Assembly (NCBI GenBank): GCA_014380135.1
Contig: JACMKN010000093.1
Span: 1-58,564, forward strand
Length of the DNA: 58,564 nt
From: Deltaproteobacteria bacterium
GTDB lineage: Bacteria > Desulfobacterota > Desulfuromonadia > Geobacterales > Pseudopelobacteraceae
Reading direction: 5' to 3'
Made by a program: the position numbers and the translations under genes. How positions within the stretch are numbered: position 1 is the stretch's first letter; the number at the start of each line of letters is the position of its first letter. Under the pieces are notes generated by a model. The model did no database searches. It saw only the letters and a list, made by a program, of their open reading frames with translations, and was not told the DNA's origin. Of the stretch, positions 10,671 through 20,028 are shown in pieces.

Positions 10671-11747
10671 TTATCGCATTTTAAGAGTCGAAATTGCCAC
10701 CAGTGCCAAAATAATCGTGATGATCCAGAAGCGTACGATGATTTTTGGTTCGGCCACCCCCTTCAACTCGAAGTGGTGATGGATCGGCGCCATACGGAAG
10801 ATGCGCTTGCCGCGATATTTGTAGGAGCCGACCTGGAAGATGACCGACAGCGCCTCGACCACGAAGACTCCGCCGACGATCACCAGCAGCAGTTCCTGCT
10901 TGGTCAATACGGCGATGGTCCCCAGCGCGCCGCCCAGTGAGAGCGAGCCCACATCCCCCATGAAAACCTCGGCCGGATAGGAATTGTACCAGAGGAAGCC
11001 GAGGCCGGCTCCCACCATCGCTCCGCACAGTACGGCCAGTTCGCCGGCGCCCACCACCCGCGGTACCTGCAGGTAGGCCGACAGTGTGGCATGGCCGGCA
11101 ACGTAGGCGAAGAGCATGTAGGTGGCGGCGTTGATCGCCACCGGACCGATCGCCAGGCCGTCCAGTCCGTCGGTCAGGTTGACGGCATTGCTGGCCCCCA
11201 CGATCACAAGCGTTGCAAAAGGGATGAACCAGATCCAGAGATCCGGGTGAAAGTTTTTGAAGAACGGGAAAAAGAGCTGCTCGCTGAAGCCGGGCTTTAT
11301 AAACAGGAACACCGAAACCGAGCCGGCCAGCAGCACCTGCCAGAACATCTTCTGGCGGGGCGAGAGTCCTTTGGGGCTTTTCTCGACAACCTTCTTGTAA
11401 TCGTCCACGAAGCCGATCAGGCCGTAGCCGATCGTGATGAAAAGTGTGATCCAGATGTACTGGTTGGTCAGGTCCGCCCATAACAGGGTCGGGATGACGA
11501 TGGCGGCCAGAATCATGACTCCGCCCATGGTCGGAGTTCCCTGCTTTTGCAGGTGCGATTCCGGCCCATCGGTGCGGATTACCTGGCGAGCCTGCAGCGA
11601 TTCAAGCTTGCGGATGATCCAGGGGCCAACCACGAAGCAGACCAGCAGCGCCGTAATCATCGCGTAGATCGTGCGGAAGGTCAGGTACTTGAATATATTG
11701 AACAGCTTGATATCGGCCGCCAGCGGATAAAAAAAGTGGTAAAGCAT
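10671..11747 (-). CDS. mraY: Phospho-N-acetylmuramoyl-pentapeptide transferase
   Basis: Ten-TM-like profile, the [10 protein letters not shown] and [12 protein letters not shown] motifs, and dcw position. Confidence 0.96.
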   Translation of the reverse strand: MLYHFFYPLAADIKLFNIFKYLTFRTIYAMITALLVCFVVGPWIIRKLESLQARQVIRTDGPESHLQKQGTPTMGGVMILAAIVIPTLLWADLTNQYIWITLFITIGYGLIGFVDDYKKVVEKSPKGLSPRQKMFWQVLLAGSVSVFLFIKPGFSEQLFFPFFKNFHPDLWIWFIPFATLVIVGASNAVNLTDGLDGLAIGPVAINAATYMLFAYVAGHATLSAYLQVPRVVGAGELAVLCGAMVGAGLGFLWYNSYPAEVFMGDVGSLSLGGALGTIAVLTKQELLLVIVGGVFVVEALSVIFQVGSYKYRGKRIFRMAPIHHHFELKGVAEPKIIVRFWIITIILALVAISTLKMR

Positions 11748-11750
11748 GGA

Positions 11751-13145
11751 CTATTCCTTTTGGCCGTGTTGCATCAGTTTCTTCAGTTCCGTTGCCACCC
11801 GCTCCATTGCCATGCCGCGCGATCCCTTGACAAGAATTACGTCATCCTGCTGCAGGGAATTGTACAGCTTAAGTGCAATCTGGTTGTGGTCCGTGCAGCA
11901 GAGAATCGACTCGGGCGGCATGTCTGCCAATCTGGCACCTTCGGCAGCATGTTTTACCATAAGCTCGCCCAAAAGGTAAAGTTTGTCCGCATTCAGGGCG
12001 GCTAGCGCACCGACAGCTTGATGCGCTTCAAACTCATGCACACCCAGTTCCAGCATATCCCCCAATACGGCGATGCGATGTCCCTCGGCAGCCACTTGTG
12101 ACAAGGTTTCCAGGGCGGCTTTGACCGAGGCCGGATTGGCGTTGTAGCTGTCGTCGATGATAGTAATACCATTCAGTTGCTCTATCCGAAAACGCCCCTT
12201 GTAAGGGGTGAAGGACTCCAGTCCGGTCACGATGACAGCCAATTCGATATTCTCCAACAGCGCGGCGGCGGCAGCCAGCGCATTGTAGATGTTGTGGCGG
12301 CCGCAGGCTTTCAGATGAACGGTGGCTTCCCCTTTTGGCGTAATCAACAGAAAACGCTGCCCTTCCAATCCCAGCGTTTCAATGTCTTTAGCCCGCACCT
12401 CGCCCCGCATGATGCCGAAACTGATTCTGCGCGCCGAAGGGTTTTGATGCAGCGATGCGACGCGCGGGTCGTCGGCGTTGACCACCGCTAGGCCACCAGC
12501 GCTGATGCGATTCAGCAGCTCCCCTTTGGCGGCAGCGACAGCTTCGACCGTTCCCATGCTCTGCAGGTGAGCCGGCAGTGCATTCAGCACGATCCCGACC
12601 CGCGGATGGGCAATTTCCGCCAGTCGATCGATCTCGCCCGGTTCGCTCATCCCCATTTCCAGCACAGCCCAGAGATGTTCAGCTTGCAGCTGGAACAGCA
12701 TCTGCGGCAGACCGATCAGGTTGTTGAGGTTGCCGGACGTTTTCAGCCCCGGCCCGGTCTGTTCAAGAATCGCGGCCAGCATTTCCTTGACCGTGGTTTT
12801 GCCGTTGCTGCCGGTGACGCCGATGGTCGGGATGTCGAAGCGCAAGCGCCAGGCCGCAGCCAGGTCACCCATCGCTTTCAGTGTTTTCTTTACCGCGATG
12901 CATGTAACCGCTTCCGGAAGGGAATGGGATTTCAGCCACTGCTCTTCAGCCAGCAGGACCGTGATGCCCCTGCCTGCCACCTCAGCGATGAAGGAGTGGC
13001 CATCAAAGCGCTCGCCGCGCAGCGGCACGAACAACTGCCCAGCAACAACAGTGCGGGAGTCGCTTGAGACGCTCTGCACCTCACCGGACGCCGGGCCAAT
13101 GATGCGACCATTGGTTGCGGCGGCTATTTCAGCAATCGTGAACAT
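11751..13145 (-). CDS. murF: UDP-N-acetylmuramoyl-tripeptide--D-alanyl-D-alanine ligase
   Basis: GVTGSNGKTTVKEM P-loop, Mur ligase architecture, and ATGA overlap with the murE stop. Confidence 0.93.
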   Translation of the reverse strand: MFTIAEIAAATNGRIIGPASGEVQSVSSDSRTVVAGQLFVPLRGERFDGHSFIAEVAGRGITVLLAEEQWLKSHSLPEAVTCIAVKKTLKAMGDLAAAWRLRFDIPTIGVTGSNGKTTVKEMLAAILEQTGPGLKTSGNLNNLIGLPQMLFQLQAEHLWAVLEMGMSEPGEIDRLAEIAHPRVGIVLNALPAHLQSMGTVEAVAAAKGELLNRISAGGLAVVNADDPRVASLHQNPSARRISFGIMRGEVRAKDIETLGLEGQRFLLITPKGEATVHLKACGRHNIYNALAAAAALLENIELAVIVTGLESFTPYKGRFRIEQLNGITIIDDSYNANPASVKAALETLSQVAAEGHRIAVLGDMLELGVHEFEAHQAVGALAALNADKLYLLGELMVKHAAEGARLADMPPESILCCTDHNQIALKLYNSLQQDDVILVKGSRGMAMERVATELKKLMQHGQKE

Positions 13146-14704
13146 CAGTCTGTTTTCTCCGTAAAGGCCGCTGTCGCTTCTTCCCGGTCATCGAAGTGAT
13201 GCTTGGTCGTGCCGATAATCTGGTAATCCTCGTGTCCCTTGCCGGCCAGCAGGATTATGTCGCCGGGCTGTGCCAGACGGACTGCCAGGCGAATCGCATC
13301 GCGGCGATTTTCCAGCATGACGAATCCTTTTCTGGAAAAACCACCAGTAAGTTCTTCCAAACGGTATTCCCGGACCCGACCCTCAGCCCGACCCTCTCCC
13401 TGAGGGCGAGGGGGAAGTTCAAGTATTCCGGCCTTGATCTGCTCCAGAATTTTGAGTGGAGGCTCGGTGCGGGGATTGTCGGATGTGACGATCGCAAGAT
13501 CCGACATCCCGGCTGCGATGCGACCCATGATCGGGCGTTTGCCGTTGTCGCGGTCACCGCCGCAGCCAAATACGGTGATGATTCGTCCCGTCGCAATCTC
13601 TTTCAGTGTGGCAAGTACGTTCTCCAGCGCATCGCCGGTGTGGGCATAATCCACCAGGCAGGTGATGCCCCGATCGTTTTCGACCCGCTGCATGCGCCCC
13701 GGAATGGTGGTGTGGTTCTCTATTCCGCTTTTGATCGACTCCAGCGGCAGGTCAAGTCCTATTCCGGCCGTTGTCGCCGCCAGAATGTTGGACAGGTTGA
13801 AGCTGCCTAGCAGTTGCGATGAAAACTTGAAACTGCCCTTGGGTGTCAGCAGCGTGCCGCTGATGCCGTTTACCGATGAAACGATGTTGGTGGGGCGCAC
13901 GTCGCACTCCCCCCTGATCCCGTAGGTGATTACCGGACAACTGCAGCAAGCGGCGATTGCGGTTCCATACGGGTCGTCCATATTGATTGCGGCGCGCCGC
14001 TGCGGCTTTTCATGCGACGGCCGCAGCAGTTCGCTGAACAGACGCTGTTTGGCCTGCAGGTAGCTTTCCATCGTGACGTGGTAATCCAGGTGGTCACGGG
14101 TCAGGTTGCTGAAGACGCCCACATCGAAGTGACAGCCATCGACCCGCTTCTGCTCCAGGGCGTGTGATGAAACTTCCATCACGAAGGCCTGCGCCCCGGC
14201 TTCGGCCAGCTGTCGGAAAGCGCTCTGCAGTTCGGTGGATTCGGGTGTGGTGTGGGAGGCCGCGATGACCGATGTGTCAAAGCGGTAGCTGATCGTGCCG
14301 AGTACCGCCGCAGGAATTCCGGCCGCCCCTAAAATTGCTTCGATCAGATAGGTGGTGGTGGTCTTGCCGTTGGTACCGGTGATGCCGACCAGCGGCCGTC
14401 CGGCGGTGGGATCGCCATTAAAGAGCGCTGCAATGCGCCCCATGGCGGCGCGTCCGTCGGCAACCCGGACCCAGGGGATACCGTCAGGGGCGTACGAGGC
14501 GTCTTCAAGAACAACTGCCGCCGCTCCGGCTGCCGCCGCCTTTTCAATAAAGCGGTGACCGTCGGCCTTCGTTCCGCGTAGCGCGAAAAAAAGTGTGCCG
14601 GGCAGAACCTGGCGTGAATCGCAGGTCAGGGCGCTGATCTTGACGGATTCGTCACCGTGGATCCCGGTGCCGGCAAACTTTTCCAGTAATTCAGCCAGTG
14701 TCAT
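13145..14704 (-). CDS. murE: UDP-N-acetylmuramoyl-L-alanyl-D-glutamate--2,6-diaminopimelate ligase
   Basis: [14 protein letters not shown]-loop and the DNPRTE motif typical of meso-DAP-adding MurE. I chose the ATG at 14704 (GGAGAA RBS). An alternative ATG at 14719 forms an ATGA overlap with the ftsI stop. The ORF-track start at 14743 is a GTG inside ftsI. Confidence 0.92.
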   Translation of the reverse strand: MTLAELLEKFAGTGIHGDESVKISALTCDSRQVLPGTLFFALRGTKADGHRFIEKAAAAGAAAVVLEDASYAPDGIPWVRVADGRAAMGRIAALFNGDPTAGRPLVGITGTNGKTTTTYLIEAILGAAGIPAAVLGTISYRFDTSVIAASHTTPESTELQSAFRQLAEAGAQAFVMEVSSHALEQKRVDGCHFDVGVFSNLTRDHLDYHVTMESYLQAKQRLFSELLRPSHEKPQRRAAINMDDPYGTAIAACCSCPVITYGIRGECDVRPTNIVSSVNGISGTLLTPKGSFKFSSQLLGSFNLSNILAATTAGIGLDLPLESIKSGIENHTTIPGRMQRVENDRGITCLVDYAHTGDALENVLATLKEIATGRIITVFGCGGDRDNGKRPIMGRIAAGMSDLAIVTSDNPRTEPPLKILEQIKAGILELPPRPQGEGRAEGRVREYRLEELTGGFSRKGFVMLENRRDAIRLAVRLAQPGDIILLAGKGHEDYQIIGTTKHHFDDREEATAAFTEKTD

Positions 14705-14715
14705 GCGTTCTCCAC

Positions 14716-16683
14716 TCATGCGGAAGGTGCGAACTTTATCCACACCGCGCCTTTTCCACCGATTGCATGTCCGGGTGGCGGACTCTGCTCGGCTGCCCGC
14801 CCGCTGCCTATCAGCCGGATGTTGATGCCGCGTTTTTCCATTACCTGCAGCACGCTGCGCATGCTCATGCCGCGAAAATCAGGCATGACAGCGCCATCGG
14901 CTGCCATCTCCTCAATATTTCCTTCAGACACTGACTCTGGTTCAGAGGCAGGGTCATTTTTTGATTCTATCGGTACCTGTGTCCTGGTTGTCGGCATATT
15001 GGGCGCTATCTTCAGGTATGCTAGCGTATTCTGGGCTATTTCCTTGAAAGCGGGTGCTGCCACCACTCCGCCATATTTGACACCCTGTGGTTCATCAATG
15101 ATTACGGCGATAGTCAGTTTTGGCTTGTCGGCCGGCACAAAACCGACAAAGGAACCGATACGCTTGGATGGCGAATAAGTGCGGGTGACCGGATCCACCT
15201 TCTGGGCCGTGCCGGTCTTGCCGGCCACCCGGAAACCATCCACCGCCGCTTTCGTTCCGGTTCCACCCTCGCCTGTGACAGTCTCCATCATTTTCGAGAC
15301 TTTCCGGGCGGTCTCGGTAGATATGACTCTCCGCACCACCTGCGGTTCAAAACGCTGAACTTCCTTGCCGCTGTCATCAAGAATCCGCTCGACCAGGTAC
15401 GGTTTCATCAGCGTGCCGCCATTGGCAATGGCCGACAAAGCCGAGACCAGTTGGATAGTCGACAGGGAAACTCCCTGCCCGAAGGCAATCGTTGCCAGAT
15501 CGATCCCATACCAGTTGCGTTTCATGTATCCGGAGGCTTCACCCGGAAGGTCGATGCCGGTGCGTGCGCCAAAACCGAAGTTCCGGAGATAGCCCGACAG
15601 TCTTTCCTCTCCCATTTTGAAGCCGATCTTGGCGGAGCCGATGTTGCTGGAATATTTTATGATTTCCGAGACTGTCAGGCGTGAGTGGGGATGGTCATCG
15701 TGGATGACCCGGTTGGCAATCCGGTAGGTTCCGTTTTCGCAGTTATAGACATCAGTCGCTTTAACAGCCCCCGCTTCGAGAGCTGCGGCAATCGTGAAAA
15801 CCTTGAAGGTCGAACCTGGCTCGAAACTGTCTGCCACCACACGATTGCGCAACTGGGCAAGCGAGTAGCGGGAATATGAATTCGGGTTGAAGGTAGGATA
15901 GTTGGCCATGGCCAAAACTTTGCCGGTATCCGATTCCATGATCAGCACCATGCCGCTTTTTGCGTTGCTCTCGATCACCGCTTTGGCCAGCTCTTTTTCG
16001 GCAATGAACTGAATGGTTTTATCCAGGGTCAGAACTATACTGTTGCCGGGAGAAGAATCCTTGATGACGGTATTCTTGATGGCGATATTTCTGCCAAGCG
16101 CGTCCCGCTCCGTTATCATGTAGCCGGTATTGCCAAGGATGGTACTGTCGTAGCGGAGTTCGATCCCCTCCAGGCCGTTGGGGTCCCGTCCGGTGAAGCC
16201 CAGCACGTGAGCGGCCGTCTCGACATTGGGATAAAAACGCTTGGACTCGGGAGCAAAGCCGATGCCGGGCAGCTTCATGTTCTTTATGCGCGCGGCCGTT
16301 TCCGGGGCCAGCCAGCGTGCAACCCAGGTGAAGGATTTATTGATTGAAAGTTTTGCTACCAACTCCTTCTTGGGGACTCCCAGCATAGGCGCAAGCACTG
16401 CGGCAGTACCATTAACATCCTTGATTCGTTTTGGTTCGGCATAGCATGAATCCATATGGATTGATTCGGCCAGCGGAGTGCCGTTGCGGTCGAAAATACT
16501 GCCGCGAACCGGGGGCAGGTCAACCCTGTGCTGGTGCTGCTTTTCGGCTTTTTTGACGAGTTCTTCGTGCTGCAGGATCTGGAGATAGAAGGCGCGCCCA
16601 ACCACCGTCAGGAACATCGACCCGAAAATTATCCCGATTATGACGATTCGGGCACGGGCCCATTTCTCCCGTTCATCTTTCAT
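14716..16683 (-). CDS. ftsI: Penicillin-binding protein 3 / FtsI transpeptidase with C-terminal PASTA domain
   Basis: N-terminal TM segment, the STFK, SSN and KTGT motifs, and a C-terminal PDFRGMSMRSVLQVM...IRLIGSG PASTA-like domain. Confidence 0.93.
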   Translation of the reverse strand: MKDEREKWARARIVIIGIIFGSMFLTVVGRAFYLQILQHEELVKKAEKQHQHRVDLPPVRGSIFDRNGTPLAESIHMDSCYAEPKRIKDVNGTAAVLAPMLGVPKKELVAKLSINKSFTWVARWLAPETAARIKNMKLPGIGFAPESKRFYPNVETAAHVLGFTGRDPNGLEGIELRYDSTILGNTGYMITERDALGRNIAIKNTVIKDSSPGNSIVLTLDKTIQFIAEKELAKAVIESNAKSGMVLIMESDTGKVLAMANYPTFNPNSYSRYSLAQLRNRVVADSFEPGSTFKVFTIAAALEAGAVKATDVYNCENGTYRIANRVIHDDHPHSRLTVSEIIKYSSNIGSAKIGFKMGEERLSGYLRNFGFGARTGIDLPGEASGYMKRNWYGIDLATIAFGQGVSLSTIQLVSALSAIANGGTLMKPYLVERILDDSGKEVQRFEPQVVRRVISTETARKVSKMMETVTGEGGTGTKAAVDGFRVAGKTGTAQKVDPVTRTYSPSKRIGSFVGFVPADKPKLTIAVIIDEPQGVKYGGVVAAPAFKEIAQNTLAYLKIAPNMPTTRTQVPIESKNDPASEPESVSEGNIEEMAADGAVMPDFRGMSMRSVLQVMEKRGINIRLIGSGRAAEQSPPPGHAIGGKGAVWIKFAPSA

Positions 16684-17021
16684 TTAACGTGAATGACCTG
16701 TTGCTCGTTCGGCAGCGCCATGCCCAGTTCGTTTTTGGCAATGGTTTCGATGCGGGCCGGAGTCTTAAGCGAGGCCGCTTCCAGCTTCAGGCACTTCTGT
16801 TCCTGCTCGGTCTCTTTCAGCTGACGACTGACTTCGGACATCTGCAGGTTAAGCTCAACCAACCTGAAACGCGACCAGACGTGAAAGACCGACACAATCG
16901 TGAACAGGATCATGCAGATCATAAGGTATTTGAAAATGTCGATGCGGTGGGAGTCAACTTCCGCCCCACCGAATGTACGTGGTGCGGCGACCTTGCCATA
17001 ATCTGCTCGTGCTTGTGCCAT
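16680..17021 (-). CDS. ftsL: Cell division protein FtsL
   Basis: A 113-aa bitopic protein (TM segment MICMILFTIVSVFHVW) followed by a coiled coil, between rsmH and ftsI, with ATGA overlap with ftsI. Confidence 0.75.
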   Translation of the reverse strand: MAQARADYGKVAAPRTFGGAEVDSHRIDIFKYLMICMILFTIVSVFHVWSRFRLVELNLQMSEVSRQLKETEQEQKCLKLEAASLKTPARIETIAKNELGMALPNEQQVIHVK

Positions 17022-17085
17022 ATCGGTTACCTCTGTTACATCATGTGAAGCGTATCCAAAACCGGACAGTCATGGATCTCTTCGG

Positions 17086-18021
17086 TTACAGTTTTTCAAC
17101 AGCCCGCAGCTTGGCGCTGCGTGCCCGCGGATTTTCATTTATTTCCTGCTGCGTTGCGCCAACCGGTCTGCCGGTCAGGACCTTTACCCGCGGCTGCCTG
17201 CCGCATACACAGATCGGCAGTTGGCGCGGGCAGTTGCAGCCTTCGGCGTATTCCCGGAAGATATGTTTGACGATGCGGTCTTCCAGCGAGTGGAAGGATA
17301 TGATCACGCCCCGTCCGCCAGGTTTCAGCAGATCCAGTGCGGCGCGCATTCCGCGTTCCAGACTCTCCAACTCATGGTTGACCGCAATACGCAGAGCCTG
17401 AAAAGTGCGGGTCGCCGGATGTATGCGTTCCTCCCATTTGGCTTTCGGAATGGCTCCCTTGATGACATCCACCAGCTGGAAGGTGGTGGTGATCGGCGAC
17501 TCACTCCTGGCGCTGGCGATGAAGGCCGCCACCCGCCTGGCCCAGCGCTCCTCGCCATATTCGCTGATGATGCGCTCCAGTTCCTGCTCCGGCAGGTCAT
17601 TGACCAGATCGGCGGCGGTTTCACCGCTGCTGGTGTCCATGCGCATATCCAGAGGTGCGTCCTGCTGGAAGCTGAAGCCGCGTTCTCCGGTATCCAGCTG
17701 GTGCGAAGAGACCCCCAGATCAAGAATGAATCCATCCAGCGCTGTTATGCCCAGAGCCGCCAGATGCCCGGCCAGATCGGCAAAGTCCCCATGTACCGGG
17801 TGAAAACGTTCGCGGTATGCCGCCAGCCGTTCACCGGCTGCTGCCAGTGCGGCACGGTCGCGGTCAATGCCGACCAGCACGGCTTGCGGTGCATTTTCAA
17901 GGATCAGCAGGCTGTGACCGCCGCCCCCCAGCGTGCCATCCAGGTAGGTCTTGGAGTCACTGGGGGCCAGGAAGCGGATGACTTCATCCGGCATAACCGA
18001 GAGGTGACGGAAGTCGGCCAC
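17086..18021 (-). CDS. rsmH: 16S rRNA (cytosine1402-N4)-methyltransferase
   Basis: [10 protein letters not shown]..., [10 protein letters not shown] and [10 protein letters not shown] motifs. I chose the GTG at 18019-18021, which overlaps the mraZ TAG by 1 nt (TAGTG). The ORF-track N-terminal extension runs inside mraZ. Confidence 0.92.
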   Translation of the reverse strand: MADFRHLSVMPDEVIRFLAPSDSKTYLDGTLGGGGHSLLILENAPQAVLVGIDRDRAALAAAGERLAAYRERFHPVHGDFADLAGHLAALGITALDGFILDLGVSSHQLDTGERGFSFQQDAPLDMRMDTSSGETAADLVNDLPEQELERIISEYGEERWARRVAAFIASARSESPITTTFQLVDVIKGAIPKAKWEERIHPATRTFQALRIAVNHELESLERGMRAALDLLKPGGRGVIISFHSLEDRIVKHIFREYAEGCNCPRQLPICVCGRQPRVKVLTGRPVGATQQEINENPRARSAKLRAVEKL

Positions 18022-18497
18022 TACAGCCCCAGCTCTGCGGCAGCTTCGGTGCCGCTCGGGAAATTCTTGACATCCTGGGCGCGGACCTTGTCCCACTCGG
18101 CCATGCTCCAGATCTCGATCTTGTCCATGGTTCCGACGAATTGAACTTCCCGGTCGAGCACGGCGCTTTTGCGAAAAGTCGGCGGAATCAGAAAGCGCCC
18201 CAGCTTGTCGGCACTGCACTCCTGCGCCGGCGAAATGATCGTGCGCAGGATGCTTTTACGCTGTTCGGAGGTGAAGCCTTTGCTGACGCGGAAATTTTCT
18301 TCAAAGACGAACCACTCCTTGTATGGAAATATCAGGAGTCCCGAGCTGTAAATGCCGGAGCCCAGATCGACCGGAACCGAGTTGGTCAGGAAAAAGCGCT
18401 CGTCACCATGGCTTTCAAGCATGACTTCCCGAAATCTGGCCGGCAGACTGGTACGCCCCTTGGCGTCTATGGTTGTCTCGAAAATTCCCCTGAACAT
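18021..18497 (-). CDS. mraZ: Transcriptional regulator MraZ
   Basis: [19 protein letters not shown] and a second [10 protein letters not shown] repeat. I chose the ATG at 18497; the ORF-track start at 18524 is a GTG lying inside the repeat operator. Confidence 0.93.
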   Translation of the reverse strand: MFRGIFETTIDAKGRTSLPARFREVMLESHGDERFFLTNSVPVDLGSGIYSSGLLIFPYKEWFVFEENFRVSKGFTSEQRKSILRTIISPAQECSADKLGRFLIPPTFRKSAVLDREVQFVGTMDKIEIWSMAEWDKVRAQDVKNFPSGTEAAAELGL

Positions 18498-18518
18498 GAC
18501 CTTCTCTTTGGTATGGAT

Positions 18519-18544
18519 TTCCACAATCTTCCACTTTTTTCCAC
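18519..18544 (-). promoter_or_regulatory. Three direct GTGGAA repeats with exact 10-bp phasing (candidate MraZ operator)
   Basis: Plus-strand TTCCAC occurs at 18519-24, 18529-34 and 18539-44, which is 22-47 nt upstream of the mraZ ATG and just downstream of the predicted -10. Confidence 0.6.
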
Positions 18545-18554
18545 ACTGATGAAA

Positions 18555-18583
18555 CTTATAGCCGCCGTCAAGGTCTATGTCAA
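18555..18583 (-). promoter_or_regulatory. Candidate sigma70 promoter of the dcw operon (Pmra)
   Basis: On the minus strand: TTGACA (18578-83), a 17-nt spacer, then TATAAG (18555-60). Confidence 0.55.
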
Positions 18584-18674
18584 GTTAAAATATGAATTTT
18601 GTAGGAGAAAATTGTGCGTGCGGGCAGTGGTAATTCTGCTATAGTCGGGCCGAATAAAGCCCTTGGAGAGACAG

Positions 18675-19847
18675 ATGAGCATGGTCCTTTCGCCGTTGAT
18701 AACCGCCGTCCATTTTCCCCCGATTTCCGAGGTCAAACGCTGGGTAGCAGAGCGACCCGACGGTGGCCCGGAACTGATCGACCTGTGTCAGGCTGTGCCG
18801 GATTATGCCCCGGCTCCTGAATTGACGGCCCACCTTTCCGGCCTGCTGCATGACCCACTCTTGTCCAAATACACGCCGGACGAGGGTCTGCCCGAGGTGC
18901 GCGAGGCGCTTTGCGGCTATTACGAATGGAAATACGGCGCCCGCCTGTCGCCGGGTAATCTCTGCCTGACAATCGGCGCCAGCCAGGCCTTCTGGCTGGC
19001 GATCATAACCCTTTGCCGCGCCGGTGATGAGGTCGTGCTGCAGGCGCCCTGTTATTTCGATCACCCGATGGCGTTGGAGATGCTCGGTATCCGCCGGGTC
19101 TGTGCGCCTTTTGTCGAGGCCGATGGTGGTCTGCCTTCACCGGCAACAATCGCGGGTCTGATCACCGACAAAACCAGGGCTATTCTGCTTGTCTCCCCCA
19201 GCAACCCGACCGGCGCCATTACTCCTCCGGCCGTCATAGGCGAACTGCTGGAGGTGGCCCGACGTCACAATATTGCGCTGATCCTGGACGAAACCTACAA
19301 CGAGTTCATCCCCGACGGCAGCCGTCCGCACGAGCTGTTCGGCGATCCGGCCTGGGGTGATCATTTCGTGCATATCGCCTCTTTCGGCAAAACCTATGCC
19401 CTGACCGGCTACCGGGCCGGTCTGCTGGCCGCTTCCGAACAGTTTATCCAGCATGCCCTCAAGGCGCAGGACACGATGGCTGTCTGCCAGCCGCGCATCA
19501 CCCAGCAGGCGGTCAAATTCGGAGTTGAGCATCTGGAGGGCTGGGTGGCGGATAACCGTGAAATGATGACCCGTCGTCATGACCTGTTCCGGGCCGAATT
19601 CATGAAGCCGGGCAATCGCTTTACCTTGTCTGCCAGCGGCACATTTTTCGCATGGGTGCGGCATCCCTTCGACGATTGCAGCGGGCGCCAGGCCGCCAAA
19701 AAACTAGTGGATCAGGCCGGTATCATCTGTCTGCCGGGCGAGGTATTCGGTCCCGGTCTGGATGGGTATCTGCGGCTGGCCTTCGGCAATATCCGCGAGG
19801 AGGCTATCCCCGAGGCGGTGCGGCGTTTTCGGGCGATGGCGGTCTGA
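18675..19847 (+). CDS. Class I/II PLP-dependent aminotransferase
   Basis: Fold-type I pattern with SFGKTYALTGYRAG (PLP lysine) and SPSNPTG. The start is ambiguous (TTG 18663, ATG 18675, ATG 18681). Confidence 0.85.
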   Translation: MSMVLSPLITAVHFPPISEVKRWVAERPDGGPELIDLCQAVPDYAPAPELTAHLSGLLHDPLLSKYTPDEGLPEVREALCGYYEWKYGARLSPGNLCLTIGASQAFWLAIITLCRAGDEVVLQAPCYFDHPMALEMLGIRRVCAPFVEADGGLPSPATIAGLITDKTRAILLVSPSNPTGAITPPAVIGELLEVARRHNIALILDETYNEFIPDGSRPHELFGDPAWGDHFVHIASFGKTYALTGYRAGLLAASEQFIQHALKAQDTMAVCQPRITQQAVKFGVEHLEGWVADNREMMTRRHDLFRAEFMKPGNRFTLSASGTFFAWVRHPFDDCSGRQAAKKLVDQAGIICLPGEVFGPGLDGYLRLAFGNIREEAIPEAVRRFRAMAV

Positions 19848-19902
19848 TTTTATTCAGCAGAGTATCAATAGGAGCCGGCCGGATCTTTCTAAGCCATCAT
19901 CA

Positions 19903-19930
19903 TTGCCAAAGAAAACAAAATAGCTATAAT
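19903..19930 (+). promoter_or_regulatory. Candidate sigma70 promoter upstream of the DHH-CBS-nucleotidyltransferase gene
   Basis: TTGCCA (19903-08), a 16-nt spacer, then TATAAT (19925-30). A second weaker candidate is TTTACA-N18-TAAAAT at 19977-20006. Confidence 0.35.
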
Positions 19931-20028
19931 CCTGAAACTGGCAGCTGAATTGTAAAAAATGTTGTAAGTTTCCTAATTTACAGGATATTGACATCTCCGG
20001 TAAAATCTACCCTGATTTTCGAGCAGCC

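Noticed and set aside
10681-11481. A 266-aa same-strand, out-of-frame ORF inside mraY.
   Set aside because: The translation is Arg/Gly/Pro-rich with no motif and lies entirely within a highly conserved membrane-protein gene. There is no independent start signal.
17995-18219. N-terminal extensions offered by the ORF track. Examples are rsmH to 18219, mraZ to 18524, ftsZ to 1452, ftsQ to 3817, murE to 14743 and fba to 26406, with similar extensions on pilZ, the MCP, panB, panD and ppnP.
   Set aside because: The track allows GTG and TTG starts. The extensions overlap upstream genes or operators and lack an RBS, whereas internal ATG or GTG starts match family N-termini and have Shine-Dalgarno sequences.
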